The notes under the pieces are model-generated. The model searched no databases, was not told the origin of the DNA, and saw only the letters and a list, made by a program, of their open reading frames with translations. DNA of 62,729 bases, counting the filler, from Thermodesulfobacteriota bacterium (GTDB lineage: Bacteria; DASVDK01), in assembly GCA_036381125.1 (NCBI GenBank). It is 9 parts of 9 records of this genome, joined end to end, with 100 filler letters (N's around TTAATTAATTAA, not from the genome) between each part and the next. Parts side by side here need not be neighbours in the genome. Positions count along the whole stretch, not along the records: positions 60,406 to 62,729 come from DASVDK010000110.1; 8 more parts are not named here. The stretch is one strand, 5' to 3'. Shown here piece by piece: positions 60,635-62,729 of the stretch. Each line of letters starts with the position of its first letter. Within the stretch, counting starts at the first letter, position 1. Both the position numbers and the translations under genes were made by a program.

Positions 60635-61582
60635 ATGTCGATCACCTGGACCTACGACGCCCCCACCGGCGTCTACAAGAGCCACGCCCTCTCGCGTGCC
60701 ATTTACGAGGCCGCGATCGAGGAGGTGCAGTTCGCGAGCTACGCCGAGCCGGTGCGCGGCTTCGGCCGCAAGCGCGGCGAGTCGGTGACGCTCCCGCGGG
60801 TCGGCCGACTCGCCGAGCCGGCCTCGGCCCGCCTCCAGGAAGGCACCCGCATCCCCGAGGACTCGCTCGCGCTCTCGACCGTCACGATCACGGTGAACGA
60901 GTACGGCCGGGCGGTGCCCTTCACGTCGCTCCTCGAGGACCTCTCCGAGATCAACATCGAGAACCAGGTCCAGCGGCTCCTCAAGGAGCAGCAGCGGCTC
61001 GTCATGGACACCGCGGCCGCGGCGGCCTTCAAGACGGCGAAGGTCTGCTACATCCCGACCTCGGTCGCGGCCGGCGTCTTCGACACGGACGGCACCCCCT
61101 CGACGACAGCCACGGCCAACTGGAACGTCTTCCACGTCGAGGAGATCCGCGACTACCTCTACGACACGCTGCTCGCGCCGCCCTACGAGGGCGACGACTA
61201 CATCGCCATCGTGCGGACGCTCGGCCTGCGCGGCATCAAGCGCGATCCGGCCTGGGAGCAGTGGCACCTCTACGTGAACCCGGAGGCCAAGGCCACGGGC
61301 GAGGTCGGCCGGATCGAGAACGTCCGGTTCATCCAGACCAACCACAACCAGGCTCTCGGCAAGGTCGGGACCAACGCCGTCCTGGGCGAAGGCGTGGTCT
61401 TCGGCCGCGACGCGGTCGCGTTCGCCGAGGCGGTCACGCCCGAGCTGCGCGTGCAGCTCAACGCCAACAACGACTTCGGGCGGTCCAAGGCGATCGCCTG
61501 GTATGGCGTGATGGAATGGGGAATCATCTGGGACACGGCCAACCAGGGCGAAGCCCGGATCGTGAGGGTCACGAGCGCCTAG
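60635..61582 (+). CDS. Major capsid protein (HK97 fold, N4-gp56-like family)
   Basis: AAGGAG RBS; GESVTLP, LQEGT.IP, TITVNEYG, GEVGRIENVRF, VVFG.DA, DFGR...AWY. Confidence 0.85.
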   Translation: MSITWTYDAPTGVYKSHALSRAIYEAAIEEVQFASYAEPVRGFGRKRGESVTLPRVGRLAEPASARLQEGTRIPEDSLALSTVTITVNEYGRAVPFTSLLEDLSEINIENQVQRLLKEQQRLVMDTAAAAAFKTAKVCYIPTSVAAGVFDTDGTPSTTATANWNVFHVEEIRDYLYDTLLAPPYEGDDYIAIVRTLGLRGIKRDPAWEQWHLYVNPEAKATGEVGRIENVRFIQTNHNQALGKVGTNAVLGEGVVFGRDAVAFAEAVTPELRVQLNANNDFGRSKAIAWYGVMEWGIIWDTANQGEARIVRVTSA

Positions 61583-61613
61583 CTAGGCGAAAAGACTAGG
61601 CTTTTCGGCCTAG
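61583..61613 (+). terminator. Hairpin after capsid gene (terminator/attenuator or mRNA stabiliser)
   Basis: CTAGGCGAAAAG-loop-CTTTTCGGCCTAG; no classic U-tail. Confidence 0.45.
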
Positions 61614-61624
61614 GAGGAGCGGAG

Positions 61625-62053
61625 ATGGCAGGCTACACCGACAACCTCGTGCTCTACGTGAGCGCCGAGACCCAGGACGAGGCGAGCGCCGCCGACCTGC
61701 TCGACATCGAGTTCCCGACGGGCGGGGTCGTCTACGAGTTCGGGCTCATCCAGACCGAGACCGGCTCGGGCAACGCCCCGGTCGTCGCGCTCGACCTCTC
61801 GTCGTCGGCCGCCGAGAGCGACCGAGCCGAGCAGGCGACGCTCACGCCGGCGACGACCCAGGCGGCGGGCAGCCGCGTCCGGTCGAGTTCGGCCGCGTTC
61901 CCGCTGAACGTGCCGCACGGTGGGCGGGTGACGCTGGAGCACAAGACGGCGGGCACCTCGGCCGGCGCCTACAAGGCGTACGCGATCGTCAAGCACGCGG
62001 GCGTGGTCGCCATCTCGACCACGGCCTCGCCGGTGACGGAGGTCGCGGCGTAG
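61625..62053 (+). CDS. Putative capsid decoration/virion protein
   Basis: AGGAGGAG RBS; beta-rich, Ala/Thr/Ser-rich; position after capsid gene. Confidence 0.6.
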   Translation: MAGYTDNLVLYVSAETQDEASAADLLDIEFPTGGVVYEFGLIQTETGSGNAPVVALDLSSSAAESDRAEQATLTPATTQAAGSRVRSSSAAFPLNVPHGGRVTLEHKTAGTSAGAYKAYAIVKHAGVVAISTTASPVTEVAA

Positions 62054-62055
62054 CG

Positions 62056-62403
62056 ATGGCGCTCACGGCGACCTACACGATCGAGCGATCTTGGATTCCC
62101 TGGGGGCCGGGGGCGGGCCTGCGGCATCGGGTCGTCAAGATCGGGATCCCGGGAAGCGAGACGTACGGCACGGGGCTCGCGCTCGACAAGGGGCGGCTCG
62201 GGTGCCCCACGGCGATCGTCGATCTCGCGATCGTCGGAGCCGACGCGCCCACCGGGATCATCTGGAAGTGGGACCGGGACGGCGGAGTCCTGCGCGCCTA
62301 TGAGGGCGACTACGCCCAGGCGGCCGACGCGCCGCTCGTCGAGCTTGACTCGAACGACCAGCCGGCCGCCCAGGACCTGCTCGTCGAGGTGAAGGGCTAC
62401 TGA
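62056..62403 (+). CDS. Putative virion structural protein
   Basis: ETYGTGLAL, WKWD..GVLRAY, VEVKGY; operon position. Confidence 0.6.
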   Translation: MALTATYTIERSWIPWGPGAGLRHRVVKIGIPGSETYGTGLALDKGRLGCPTAIVDLAIVGADAPTGIIWKWDRDGGVLRAYEGDYAQAADAPLVELDSNDQPAAQDLLVEVKGY

Positions 62404-62729
62404 TGCCGATCGAGCCGGTGCACGTAGTCGAGGTCGCCCGCGACGGCCAGCCGCGGCTCGCGCGCGTGAATCCCCTGCGGCGATGGGTCAAGGGCGGCGA
62501 GGGCGGGCACGAGCCGATCGTCTGGCAGAACGGCCGGTTCCTCGACGACGGCGGCCGTGAGCTGCCGCTCGCGGCCGTGCCCCAGTACATCCGGGACGAC
62601 GTGGCGCGCCACGTGCCGACGCACACGCCGGAGACGGCGCCGGCCTACCTGCGCGCGTGCCCGGTCGTGGTGAACGGGGTGCCGTGCGACCGGCCGGTGC
62701 TCTCGACCGAGTTCGAGGCGCACCTCGTG
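62403..62729 (+). CDS. Phage hypothetical protein (3' truncated)
   Basis: TGATG coupling; open to window end; CP...C...H pattern. Confidence 0.55.
   Translation, partial: MPIEPVHVVEVARDGQPRLARVNPLRRWVKGGEGGHEPIVWQNGRFLDDGGRELPLAAVPQYIRDDVARHVPTHTPETAPAYLRACPVVVNGVPCDRPVLSTEFEAHLV

Larger units (their letters stand above)
60406..62729 (+). mobile_element. Phage head morphogenesis module (whole contig)
   Basis: Capsid gene preceded by a scaffold-like C-terminus and followed by small virion-type genes. Confidence 0.85.

Overview
High-GC bacterial DNA (roughly 70-75% by eye; the gene content suggests a Gram-negative, Deltaproteobacteria/Myxococcota-like organism, but taxonomy cannot be fixed from sequence alone). 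The window is not contiguous. It is nine contigs joined by artificial 100-bp linkers (N44-TTAATTAATTAA-N44), so adjacency across linkers is meaningless. Contig 1 (1-26548): a DUF3015/DUF4105/DUF3015 trio, udg-queF-DUF72-alaX-nicotinamidase, a phosphoesterase, an aldo/keto reductase, a sulfite-oxidase-family enzyme with a cupredoxin, an Att-type ABC/lipocalin module, and a phosphorus island (phnCEE-arsM-arsC remnant-phoB-pstSCAB-phoU-phoR). Contig 2: murE-murF-mraY-murD. Contig 3 (31641-41121): the early/immunity region of a temperate phage (RecT-like, Gam-like, LexA DNA-binding-domain-only, cro/cI-like switch, XerC-like recombinase, membrane morons, putative ADP-ribosyltransferase). Contigs 4-8: an amidohydrolase pair, macAB, glycosyltransferases/Wzz, a chemosensory cluster, a branched-chain-type ABC transporter and a PD-(D/E)XK nuclease. 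Contig 9: a phage head module. Best leads: (i) a possible integration-dependent-immunity switch, with a Xer-like core site inside the repressor ORF next to a XerC-type recombinase; (ii) a dispersed ~120-bp structured repeat with compensatory base changes abutting ribosome-binding sites; (iii) a phage ADP-ribosyltransferase-fold gene behind an operator-covered promoter; (iv) the DUF3015/DUF4105 outer-membrane system. No rRNA, tRNA or CRISPR array was recognised. All family calls come from motif recognition by eye, not database searches.
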